Source of the DNA: Ramazzottius varieornatus
Taxonomy: Eukaryota; Animalia; Tardigrada
Assembly: GCA_001949185.1 (NCBI GenBank)
Contig: BDGG01000011.1
Coordinates: 1-64,000 of the forward strand
Direction of reading: 5' to 3'
Length of the DNA: 64,000 nucleotides
The notes beneath the pieces were generated by a model. That model searched no databases, had not been told where the DNA came from, and saw only the letters and a program-made list of their open reading frames with translations. Shown one piece after another: positions 36,894-48,207 of this stretch (the first letter of the stretch is position 1; every line of letters begins with the position of its first letter). The position numbers were made by a program, and so were the translations under genes.

Positions 36894-39173
36894 ATGGAAG
36901 CTGCCATAAGTGCAGTCAAGGATGGAATGTCCATAAGGATGGCCTCCGAGATGTATCATATACCTCACGGAACCCTCGGAAACAAAGTGAACGGAGAACA
37001 CGGAAAGAAGGTCAGACGTCTCAATACCTTCACGCTTGAAGAAGCGTCAGAAATTTGCGAAGTCCTCGGCCGTTGTTCCAAGATTGGGGTTCCCCTCGGC
37101 AAACATACCTTCACTAGAATCGTGAAGGAAATCGCCCTTACGAAAGGTAAGGCTAGTTTCTTCTAGGTTCGTACTCGTACGAAGGATAACCTTCGGGTAA
37201 TTTGTGTCAGCCAGATATTAAACATGAAATGCGCCAACAATCAACTTCCGAATGGTCACACACCAAGTATACCCTTGTCAATGGTATGCTTTTTTCCAGG
37301 CATGAACAGGGCTAAGTTTACCGACCGATGGCATCGGAAGTTCCTTGTGAGTAATCCGGAAATATCTCTGCGGATACTTAGTGCATTGAGCTTCAAGAAG
37401 TCAAGAGAATGGACGTTTAGGCGCTGCGAAGAATGGATTTCACTCCTGCAGAAGCTGAGTAACTATGGATTTCTTGATGATGCTGAAGAAATTTGGAATT
37501 TGGATGAATCAGGATTTACGTTGGCGGAGCTCTACAACAGAGTCTACGCGGAGAGAGGTGTGAAAGAAGCGGTCGGCCACGTGCAGGGGGCCGAAACAAA
37601 TCGGGAAAATATTACCCTTATGGCTATGGGGAACGCGGCTGGGAAGATGCTTCGACCGCTGGTTCTCTACAAGGGGAACATGCATATTGAATTTCGTCTT
37701 CGGGACACACACGACGCTTGCTATGTGGGCACAAATTCATCGGGACTGATGGATACAGATGTCTTAACAGAATTTCCAGACAAAGAATTCCTGACGTCTA
37801 TGACGTGCGCCAAGGTATTCGTTGTCTGAAATGCTGGTCTCAACAAACTTCTTCCATTTTGTATGAGTGGCACCAAGGTTAACCATGTGTTTTTGATCTC
37901 TGACAGAACGTTCTATTCTGCGATGGACATTCTTCTCATCTGAACTGTGTCGCGTTTCTGCTCGCTTGCCTGGAGCACGAGAAGGACATCCGAGTGGTTG
38001 TTCTTCCTTCGGGACAGACAGCTTTCTTCCAGCCGCTGGACAAAGAGGTATTCGGCGAAGTAAAGCAGAAATGGCACAAATACCTTCGGGAATCCAGGTT
38101 GGACACGTCGATTGATGTAAGTAAAGAGGGTCATGTTGCCCAAAACCGAGTTCAATGGAGATCCATGCTATTATATTCCAAACTTTGAGGTTTCGCGCCG
38201 CAACTTTCCCGCACACATCGTGATACTTTGGAAACCAGATTTCCTACCGTACTCTTTCAATTTAGGTAAGACCGTACCCTTGTACCCTTGTATTTGGATT
38301 TCTACAATCGAGGACCAGCGAAAACGTAATACAAACCAATTTAAGCTCGGTAAAAAGACTCGCCAGATCGTTTTTCTAAGTGGCGCACGTTTTCGGAAAT
38401 AATGGGTCGAAACATGCGCCACTTGAAAAACGGTTCAATCGGTTATGCATATCGTGCTAAGGTTATCTTACTGAGTTATATTCGTTTCAGGTGGGCCTTT
38501 GACGAAAGGATTCCGAAAAACCGGAATTTTTCCGTTTAACGCTGAGCTGCTGAGAGGTGCAGTAAATCCCCACTTAGAAGTCGTTGAAGAATCGGAGCTC
38601 GAAAGTGAACAGCATTTTACCGACATCGCCAAAATTTTTCGCGAAAAGATTGGTCTGACAGAAGACAGGACTACCAGCTGCCTGTTGGAAATCAGGAAGA
38701 TAATGACAGGCGAGTCGGTGGGCTCAGTCGTCGCTTTAGAGTTCCACAAGAACTCGCTCCGGAGTGCTCCTCAAAAGAAACGTCGGGAAAAAGATTCCCG
38801 TTTGGATGTTTCCAATGGAAGAATCCTTACTGAGAGTACCTACATCAGCACAAAGAAAGCCGCGATAGAAAAGAGCAAAGAGAAAGCCAAAGGTTTGAGA
38901 AACCAAAAGCGAAACATCGAGGCGGCAGAGGAAAGCGCGACAGACAGCGAAGATGAAAGCCTTAGTAACCAAGGATACCCTTGTCAAGCTCCACCAAAGC
39001 GACAGAGAAAGACGGCTAAGCAGGTGGCTGCGGAGATAGTAAGTGACGTACCCGCACCACAGTCGAGCATCGAATCTTCGGTGGAGTTTCCTGAAGGATA
39101 CCCTTCGAAGACCAAAGCAAAGCGGGCCACGGCACGAGCTCAGACCACTCCAGCTCCCAGAAAGAAGCCATAA
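36894..39173 (+). mobile_element. pogo-like (DDE_1) transposase with four introns, apparently open; exons ~36894-37146, 37300-37814, 37907-38116, 38190-38265, 38491-39173
   Basis: HTH_psq (MEAAISAVKDGMSIRMASEMYHIPHGTL), CENP-B HTH (W..KFLVSNPEISLR), IWNLDESG, LFCDGHSSH, FQPLDKEVF and KGFRKTGIFPFN. All introns are GT-AG and in frame. The true start codon may lie further upstream. Confidence 0.92.
38365..38436. repeat. CAAGTGGCGCACG hairpin element in intron 4 of the pogo transposase
   Basis: agatcgtttttctaagtggcgcacgttt...aaacatgcgccacttgaaaaacgg. Confidence 0.7.
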
Positions 39174-39383
39174 GCACCGGCTTCAAAAACAAAGGCCAAG
39201 ATGCTTCCATTACCAAAAGCTAAAACTAGAGTCTCTCCTGTAAAGTCGAAGGCTAAGAAGACTTAGGACTTAGATGGCATTTGAACGTTAATCCTTGTAA
39301 AGAGAAGTCTACTGCTTAGCCGCTATAACGTTTTGCCTTTTCGCGGAAGGAAACCGTAACGAGTCGGCAAACAAACTCCACAT

Positions 39384-39480
39384 GATCGTTTCCCCAAGTG
39401 GTGCACGCTACCAGTAACTATTACTAGAAACGTGCGCATGTTGAAGCTCGACAAGATCGTTTTCCCAAGTGACGCACGCT
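39384..39480. repeat. Two partial copies of the CAAGTGGCGCACG hairpin family
   Basis: gatcgtttccccaagtggtgcacgct and agatcgttttcccaagtgacgcacgct. Confidence 0.6.
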
Positions 39481-40131
39481 TCTGTCCAATTAAACTGATA
39501 TATCCGCTACTTAAGACAATAATCAGTCGCAACATCGCATATCTGACACTGAAAGTAGAAATAAAGTGTGTACGCGGCAGGTGTACATTGGCATCCGCCT
39601 TGATTCCTATGGAAAACCAGAACGGCTGAAACTTTGCCCACTCTTCCTCGGTCGCCTCATGGCGGTCAACGCGATCAGCTGATTTTGACCGAGCTAGGCA
39701 GCCAACATTGCCACCTGCAGAACTTGACTGGGCGAAGTATTCACGCAAGCAATATTGCAAAGTGTTTTCAGTGCTATGCACACTTCTGGTGGGATTCCTT
39801 TGCAAAAATGCATATTTTGGAACGTCGCACAAGACTGAATTTTGAAGTAATGTTTCCGGGAACAAAAACATTTCTTATCTCAGAAACTAGTCTCAGTCTT
39901 TTCAGTCTATCTGGATTTCTACTACGTCTAAATCAGTTTCGGTCTTCTGAATATCAGTGTTAGTCCCGCTATGCCAGTTTCCGTCAATGACATTTCATAG
40001 AAATTTTAATGGCATTTCACGGAAAAGTCAGCTTGAAATGTCGTCCAACAATGTCACACAAAAACTTCATTCAGTCTGAGCAAGCCATTCTCCACATTGC
40101 TAACGAACTTCCGGATCGGGGTATCGATAGC

Positions 40132-40606
40132 TAAGCTCGGTTTCACCAACCATAAACCCCAAGACTTTCCAAACGGTGAGCTTCCTGCAGAATATTTCCG
40201 CCCAGAGCTGGCTTTGAATTGAAACATGTAAAGATTGAAACATGCAAGAATTACGACGATTCAACCGCTTTGGCTGTTGTCCCGGTTATTGATCGTCTGA
40301 TTGAGTAGCATTTCCCGTTTTGATTTCAAATAAACCTTAATTGACTGAAACCACTGCACGCGTGTAGCCGGGCTTGGTCTACGCGTACGACTGCGTACAG
40401 GGTCGTACCTTATGAGGATCAAAGGTCTTATCAGCTGATCTTTCCCGGTAGCGGGATGATCAAGAGGTAATCTCAACTTTCTGGAACGGCCATTTGAGAG
40501 TCGTGCGACCTGTTTGAACATTCGAAGCCCAATTTGGGTGGAAATGGTCTGCAGGAAGCTCACTGTTTGGAAAGTCTTGGGATCTATGGTTGGTGAAATA
40601 GAGCTT
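40132..40606. mobile_element. MITE with TIRs of about 85 nt (Harbinger-like GCTCGGTTTCACCAA end)
   Basis: aagctcggtttcaccaaccataaaccccaagactttccaaacggtgagcttcctgcaga pairs with tctgcaggaagctcactgtttggaaagtcttgggatctatggttggtgaaatagagctt. TAA on the left flank. Confidence 0.85.
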
Positions 40607-42699
40607 TTGTGCCGGATTAGGGGATTCCTAATTATCGTTTTAATAGTGGTGTCTGTAGCAAGTCAGAAGTAAAGCAGGGCTTCGATGGAGGTGCCTATAG
40701 CCATTTCATCATGAAAATATTGATAGAATAGACAGTTGGATACGAAATCCGAGCGGCGCAAGAAATCCAGTTAGCGCACAGGCCTACATTTACCCACTTC
40801 TTGCGTAATTTGTATGAGGTTGAGCGAAGCAGGCGATTTGCGTGACTTCTCCGGAAGGTTGTGCAAAACCTCGCTTCTTTCTCGTGGACCACTTTGAAAA
40901 CAGACGTCAAATCAAACTAAATCTTTATTTTGACCGAGTAATGGAGACAGAAGTTTCAGTTTTAGCTGCTCCAAGCTGAAACTTATCAGAAACCGCGTAT
41001 AGTTTGGTAAGAATAGTCACATTTTAAGGTAAAGAATATTCACAGTTAACAAAGTGATGAAAGCTACAATTAAAGACGGAGTTAAGCTGCAGTTGTATGG
41101 AAAAACCAAAAGCAACAGTTAGATCGAGAATATCCATTATCTCTTAAGTTGCGAAAGTCACAGTTAAGCGTACAATTATCGCTACAGCTTGACCGAAAAC
41201 CCATATTCGACGTCGTATCTCAAACGACGCGGTTAGAACCACAGCTGATGCTTTGTGGACATATCTTAGGATGAAGTAAACGACCTGGGAAAAACTTTTG
41301 GAAAGACCCGCCGAAAGATGCAATTGATTAGTTACTCGGATTACTTACGCACTCGATTAACGCCTTTAACGGAGGCCGTTTTTGATCGGGAATTAGCCAC
41401 CGATCACATTAGTGAGTCCAGCCGGTTCGGCTCCGCCCGCGTTCTCGGTTAATTCAGTTTATTGCGGTAGTCGGGTGGCGTATCAACCTCTGGAATAACG
41501 CAGTTCATTTCAGACTATTAGCAAACACATTATTATTTTTTCTCGAAGCTCAGCTCAGCTCGCCGGGCTCTGTCCAGTGCCCTAACAAACGCTCACAATC
41601 CGAATTCGATTAGAATGTCGAGTCTAGTCACTGCTGATCCAGTTTGAATTCCCAATCAGACATAGCAAAGCATGGTCCACACTCCGAAATTTCATTGGAA
41701 ACTTTCCGGATAACCTCAAACCAGGAGGAGTTGTGATCAAGGAAAAACACCATTGTCCTATTGTTTTAGTACGATGGTGACGAGGATCACTCCACTGGTC
41801 TGTTCGCGGCATCTTTACTTCCTTTTCGAGACCGCCATTGAAGGTTGACTTTTATGAGGTTATTAATTTCTGGGCAAAAGCTCCTGGAGTGAAAATAGGG
41901 AAGGAGTTGTAGGTACTGCGATACTTCATTCTATTCTACTTTTCCAATCTTTCCTCGTGGAGAGTTGAACTTCCAAGTATCTTGTCGGTCTGTACCTACG
42001 TGTCAATTGCAAACTCAAAAATCCGCATTCCAAAATCGGATTATTATTGAAGTTAAATCCTGCTTTCACACTGCGCGACTGTATTCATTTGGCAGCTCTT
42101 CGCAAAGGTAACCAGTTCTGTATTTTTCTCCCTGAAAGTGGTACGAGTTTTCACGGGAACTCAGGTAAATTATATTGACAGTTCTCTCAGAGCCGACAGT
42201 AAAGTATCTTAGCCTTCAACGAAGTATCTCTTGTGTTTTTCTTCATTTAAGGCAAGCTGCGAGCGCGCCGCAGGCGAAGCGAACAGCTTGTACACTCTTC
42301 CTATCAATGCGGTCAGCAGTTTGCCGAGCGATCTGAAAGAACTGACGGATTATCGACGAGGTGAGATTTGAATGTAGCACCCATCTGAGGTTGGTAGCAG
42401 ATGGTACTCGGATTGTAGGTAGGATGACGAAGAAAGAAGGCTCTTAACTACTGTAACGCAAGAGGAATTGCTGCTGCTGCTGCTGCTGGACTTCTCCCAT
42501 CATGTAAACAACCCTTCTTCCGCGCTCTTCTGTGATACTGATTGTTCTGAGCGCGCAATTTCTCCCATATGGCTGCTCTGGTCCATCCACCAGACGGACT
42601 TAACGGTGTTAACGTTCTTGTTCATCCTGGTTAGCCGACATCCCGGCGTCCACTGTGCCAGTCTGATAAATTACCCTCGTGTACAAGACCACTAACTTT

Positions 42700-43450
42700 G
42701 GCCCGAACCGTCGTATTTCCCAGAAAAGCGAACAGGCCATGGCTCGAAAAGTCAACAATAAACTGCAGAACGGCAAGAATGTGACCAAGAACGAGAAGGA
42801 TGAGCGTATTTTGTTGGAGGAGAACGAGACTGCAGGTTAAGAAGCGGTCGCCAAGTAATCGCCTACACGCTCTCTTATAATGATCTGTCGGCACCTCTGG
42901 CACAGCGGTTCTGATATCTACTACCGCCTAATTTTTCGTGAATTTTTTCTGATTTGCTCGATTCCAGGCCTGTGGATGGGAACAATTTATATGATGTATG
43001 TAGGTATCTGTCTCTGCTGGATTCTTCAGAATAATCTGCATCGCTGATAAGAATTTTCAGCGAGCCCTCACCATCAATATAAGAAAACCCTGGGTCCAGT
43101 GCTCCGTCACTAGGCCGTTCGGAATATGACGTCGTCCAAAGGAGGAGACCGGGGTCACACAAAAATCGTCCATTGACCGAAAAAGTTCGACAAAACTGTC
43201 GCGCTATAGCCGATCGCGTCTCATAGTCCACCAGTTTCCATAGCAATCGGTCCCAAAGTAGGTCCGGTGGGGCCCCAACGCGAATGCAGCTTTCTGCCTA
43301 TATATAAAGGTAGGTCAATTAATCCTTATACAACACCAGATGGTTGGTTTTGATGAGGACGCTCGATGACCAATGCGCACCTCTGCGCACCCACAGGTGA
43401 CCGTTGACCAGTGGTCTCCCTTTCTGCTGACTACTTACCGCTGTAGGAAG
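42700..43450 (-). mobile_element. Possible highly decayed Gypsy-type integrase fragment
   Basis: PLVNGHLWVRR...LYKD (like the H2C2 finger region), LVDYETRSAIA (like vDY.Tr.a.A) and TTSYS...DG appear in integrase order, with many disruptions. Confidence 0.4.
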
Positions 43451-43710
43451 GGAAGTTTCACCTTGACAAGGGTCCGTGCGACTTAACTTTTTAGAATCAA
43501 TTTGGCAAGCCGTACGAGCTGACCACTGCGTTTCAGGCAGTAGGAGTGGACACTTGGTTTTCGGTCGCGACAGCCAGGGTTGCCCACTACGGTCTGGCAC
43601 CTTAAATTTTACAGCTGGTTTTGGAGCGGCGAGCAGTTCTGTATTCGCGCATGATTCATGCATCTAATCAGTCAATACACCGTTGTGCGTGCTGATGAGT
43701 CATGTGGAAA

Positions 43711-43867
43711 TACTGTAGTGCTACTAAATCATCGCGCACTCAACCACGTGAACACTAAATGATGCCCGGGTGAGAGACAGCGGGGTTAACTGATAACATC
43801 TTATCACACTGGACAGCGATGACTCGTCACGTGGTTCAGTGCGCGATAATTTGGTAGCACTATAGTA
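43711..43867. mobile_element. TA-flanked MITE (CTGTAGTGCTAC termini)
   Basis: TA|CTGTAGTGCTACTAAATCATCGCGCACTCAACCACGTGA...TCACGTGGTTCAGTGCGCGATAATTTGGTAGCACTATAG|TA. Confidence 0.85.
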
Positions 43868-45710
43868 CCGAACTGCCCGCCGCTCCAAGACTGACTGTAG
43901 ATTTAAGGCGCCAGAAGTTTAACCGCAGCGGGCATCCCTGATGACAGCCAGCCAAGTGCACTTCTGCTCAAAGCCGTCGTTTCCTTCTTGATATCATTTA
44001 CTTTTTGTTTTGACTCCGATCTTCCTGACTGAAACCGACTACGTTCAATATTCTGGGTTGTAACAATAGCCGGTCTCAGACTGTACTGTCCTAGGGAGCT
44101 CTGCGCAAGCGTTCCAGACAAAAAAACGTGCAATTATTAGCCCGGTCCAAAGTCTTTTGTAATTATTTACAAAAGGTCATATCTTGATCACCATCATCCG
44201 ATCACTTTGAACTTTGGACCAGAAGTAGCGCCGATGACTGATGCACAACCGACCCAAGGTGCCCCAGATGAAAACAATTGACGCCTGAACAATTTTGGCC
44301 ACTAAACTAATCACCCAGTCCGAAATGACTTTCTTCAAATCATCTTCGCTCGTGTTTCTAAAATTAGAAAAAAACTCAGCCTTGCCTCACCCACGACTGA
44401 TTCTAGTCGATCGAGAAAATTTAAGATTTCATTCGAGCCAACACCGAGTTAAGCAGTCCGTCGGGAGTACCACTTTTGAAGTGAATGCGAAACCACACAT
44501 TCGTCGATTGTGTCGAAAAAAATATAGGTATGTCAGAACAGCGCTACTCGTCCGAATATGTTCGTGTATCCGACCGCACACAAGACAATGAAAACGTAAA
44601 TTTTAGTAAAAGAACGAGACCCACGCTTTCAGATATGAAAGCAAAAATTGCACCTAGTTGATCTTTAGCCATGATTAAACAAGTTGGTGGACTCGTCGTG
44701 TGGTGGCACTAAAGCATCAATGGCCATCAAATCCATCGACAGCAGAGGCGGCCTAGTTACGAGTGTTTATCTCGTTCGGCTCAATTGTGCTACGAGCTGA
44801 CTATGAACTAATTAAGGTGCATTCATGTTCAGACGCATTCACCTCACCTCAAGTCTGAGTTTGCTACTTTTGATCATTGTAAATGTACAGTATTTTCTTG
44901 ATTACTTGTGCTGCTGCACTGTCAAGCTTACTTGTTCTCAGTCATACAAACCACGTTCAAAAGCGTCAGGCATTCTTCAGTCTTCCAAATTTTCTCACCA
45001 TTCCCCAGCTTCCTGTCCTGTCAGATCAGACCACCGCTGCTCGATATCAGGCTCTCGCCGGCCGGCCAGCAGGCGGTGGCTGTGTTTACGTCTCCGTCCT
45101 GGTCGATTCCACTAATTCTCCTCTCAACTGTCGGTTAGAGTGCCAGAGCGGGCTGGCGTTTCCCTTCCAGCTGCAGTCCGTCCTCGGTCAGTTCGGCTTG
45201 ATAGTTCCCGGTTATTTGGTCAATGGCAAGCTCAGTACGATTGATCTCAGCAGTAACGACACCCCCGTTGGCGATTCTTACTTCCTCTACACGCCGCCCA
45301 CAACGACCACCATCGCCCAGGCTTCAGTCATAACTACCACCACGACTGCATCCACTGCAGTGGTCACCACCACAACATCTTCCGGGACCCCAGTCACGCC
45401 TGTGACAGTACCCCTCGTAACAACCACCACTCTGCCCCCCCCGCACAGTTGATAAGATCTTGCATTAGGGGAGTTCACCAGTGGATTCTACCGCTGGTAG
45501 GATTCCACCAGCCACGGAAGCTCCGTCTCCAACGGCCGGCCATCGGCTGTAGCATTTCACTAGCTTCTAACTTCACCAGATTTCCTGGGTGAAATCAAGA
45601 CTCGGTCGAGAACGAGTCTTAATTTCACCGGTCCACATCTAAGTTTTAAGGAGACAGGAAAATGCATCCTTTTTCATCTCATTTGTTCTCCAGCCTCTTC
45701 TCCGTGATTC

Positions 45711-46990
45711 TATCAGGTGCGGAAGTATGACTTGTTACTCCTTAAAAAACCCTAACTTCAAACATTCATAGTTACACTCCCCCTTGTCCTGCGTCTTTTT
45801 TCCATGCACTCTGTCAACTTCTAGCTATCGTTTGGCGTCCCATTAACCCAAGTTTTTCAGCTTCAGAGTAGGGCAGGAATGGTTTTTTCGGAATCATGGA
45901 TAGTCAAAATTTTAAGTGATTCACCTGTTTGATTATTCTCAAGGCTTCAACGTATCCCACACAGGCGCGAAGATATGCTTTGTTTCTCGTGATGAAGAAG
46001 CTATTAGTTGAACCGTTGGAGGTTGGGTAATTCTTCTCAGCTCTGGAGATTTCTAGGAAGTCACGCTTACGGAAGACCGAAACTGCAGTTGGACAATAAC
46101 ATGCTCGGGGCGTCTGTTGAATCCGATTCTCGCCGAACTCTTGTGAAATCCTTACGAGACTTTAATGTGTCTAACTAAATCTTTGCTGGACATCCGGACA
46201 AAACGGGAAGACAAAAAAGTTATGGAATCGGATTCCCCGTTTACCTCGCGCACCTCAGGATGAATGCAGAATTTGTCTTTCCGTAACCTCAAGTTTCTGA
46301 ATGACAGCGAACCGATCCCCAGATCACATTGTTACTAGTGGCAAAGAATTGACTCTGTAAGACGTTCTGAAGCGAAAATTGGAATGTCTCGAAACAGCGG
46401 AAGTGCCGCAGAAAATATCGAGTCGTGAGCGGCACCAAAGGCAAACCACGGTTACTGTCTGGTGGCTATCTTATAGTCTAGACCGCTGTAATATCGTTCT
46501 GTCCGGCATAGCGATAGCTGTAGACTAGACCTCTCTGGAACGAGTAAGAATGATAAGAAAACTTGCCGTTCACTGAACGAAATTGTTCAGTTAACTCAAA
46601 GCACTACTGTTGCAAGTCAGCTCTAGAGTGCACACTGAACAAAACGCTTCCGCAAAACTGCAGGAGGTGAAACTGCAAACTCTCCTTCACACATCAGGAA
46701 GTCGGGATCCGATACTAACGGACTATCACCATATCGGAAAATTAGAGCACCGCTAGTGAGAAAGAAATATTTTCTCCAGAGAGGTTGCAAAAACCGGCCA
46801 AGGAGAGTTTATCTTTTATCTTCCCCCATACTGCTACAGTGAAGGCACGAAGACGATGCCAAAAAAATGACTGAAGTACCTTGCTACTGTGGGTGGATAA
46901 CCTGATCAAAAAATTACGAGGTTCGAAGTCAGGAGTAATTTTAGAAAATTTTTATCGGAGGAGTGACAAGTCATCGTTCCGCACCTGATA
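45711..46990 (+). mobile_element. Full-length (1.28 kb) decayed mariner element (copy 2)
   Basis: TA-flanked TIRs tcaggtgcggaagtatgacttgttactcc / ggagtgacaagtcatcgttccgcacctga. Transposase relic from ATG ~45896 (MDSQNF...GRPKLQLDNNML...NDSEP...IVTSGKE...VTVWW...KLQEVKLQTLLH...) with many stops. Confidence 0.9.
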
Positions 46991-47296
46991 CGTATCAGTT
47001 TTCAGAATTCAGAGAGGTGGTTTGCTCCTGCCATGGGATGCACTTGGTCTTTCAGCCCAGCTTCCAGGTCAACGAGCCTGATTTACAGAATCTCACCTGA
47101 TTGACTGCAAGAAGCCAGTACAGAGTATGGGTCTTCTCTACATGAGAAAACAGGGAAGTGAACAATTCAGCTTGTTCGCTCTTCGGATAGCTGGGATGCT
47201 CACTTCCGCTTTTTAGACGCGCACCCTTTCCATCACCAGATATCTCTGCTGGATTTGAAAAGATGGGCGTTCAACAGAGTATCATTTCACCGGTTA

Positions 47297-47688
47297 TACT
47301 GTAAAAACCCGCTGCATCCGCGCAGTACGTACACGTACCTGTCGATGCACCCCCGTAGGGTATAGCCGATCGACGTACAGCGTTTCTGTCCCTTTCGTTC
47401 CGCCGTTGCCTCCGTTGTGGTTGTTTGCGGCAGTATGGAAAGCTCTTCCGCGCACCAGTCCACACATTTCGAGCACATATCAGTCAGAGCGATCAAACGG
47501 TCGCATACGAGCTCTGCTACGTCACCTACACAGGCGTGCAGACACGTCACGTTTTGAACAGCCAGTCAAAAACTGAGCCTAAAACAAACGCCTATACCGT
47601 AGGGGATTGAACTGACAGTAAAGCCGGACCGGGTCTCTACTTCACGTGTACGATGACGTGTTGCGCGGACGCAGCGGGTTTTACACTG
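47297..47688. mobile_element. MITE with CACTGTAAAA-like termini (CMC/EnSpm-like)
   Basis: tactgtaaaaacccgctgcatccgcgcagtacg pairs with cgtgttgcgcggacgcagcgggttttacactg. Confidence 0.8.
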
Positions 47689-48207
47689 CGCCTCTTTTTA
47701 ACTGGCAGATAAGAAATAAGGTCGGAGCGCCAGCGGTGAACGATAAAATCCCACCGACGGTGAAATCCACTGGTGAACTCCCCTATTGATCTCGGTCAGA
47801 ACCCTAGATCCGGATGCTCGTTTAATGTCAACGGAGTTAAAACGCCGCTCAGCATCTGCGGTATCACGTGCGCTCAAGGCGAGGCCCCGGCACCATGCAA
47901 TGCGACTGGCCTACCGGAGATCGATCAGTGTCTGTGTCAGAGTGGTAAAGTTACGCCATTTGGTTCAGAAGGCACCTATTTACCAACGGGCGAGCTTTCT
48001 TCCACTTGTCCCCAGCTCCGTAACAATCCCTCTTTCCTTGGTTAACGAAAGTAGGGGAATCCACAGAAGAAGCATAAAATTCCTCGCGCGCCCTGCTTTT
48101 CCCTATTTTGATCATATTGCATTTCCTCGGTAAAGGTCACTGAAATTCTGAATATGGCGTGCGTCAGCATCCGGTGAATAAAAGCAGAAAATTATAATAG
48201 ACGAAGT

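Larger units (their letters stand above)
45468..47783. mobile_element. TIR DNA element (GGGGAGTTCACCAGTGGATT ends, TA flanks) hosting two other elements
   Basis: TA|GGGGAGTTCACCAGTGGATTCTACCG...CGGTGAAATCCACTGGTGAACTCCCC|TA. Internal hairpin ggtgaaatcaagactcg...cgagtcttaatttcacc at about 45588-45629. Confidence 0.88.
44883..48045 (+). pseudogene. Secreted protein (signal, KR propeptide, Cys domain, Thr-rich linker, Cys-rich C-terminal domain) split by a 2.3-kb nested insertion
   Basis: The 5' part (44883-45465) and 3' part (47786-48045) join as ...LIRSC-I-IDLGQNPRSGCSF... once the element and one TA are removed, given one indel in the C8 run at 45435-45442. AATAAA at 48177. Confidence 0.75.

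Noticed and set aside
35157-46990. Composite transposon formed by the two inverted mariner copies around the pogo gene
   Set aside because: The copies are strongly diverged, and copy 2 is nested inside a different TIR element, so independent insertions fit better.
45448-47799. Removal of the nested insertion as an intron
   Set aside because: There is no consensus donor at the left junction, and the nearest GT/AG pair I tested joins the halves out of frame.
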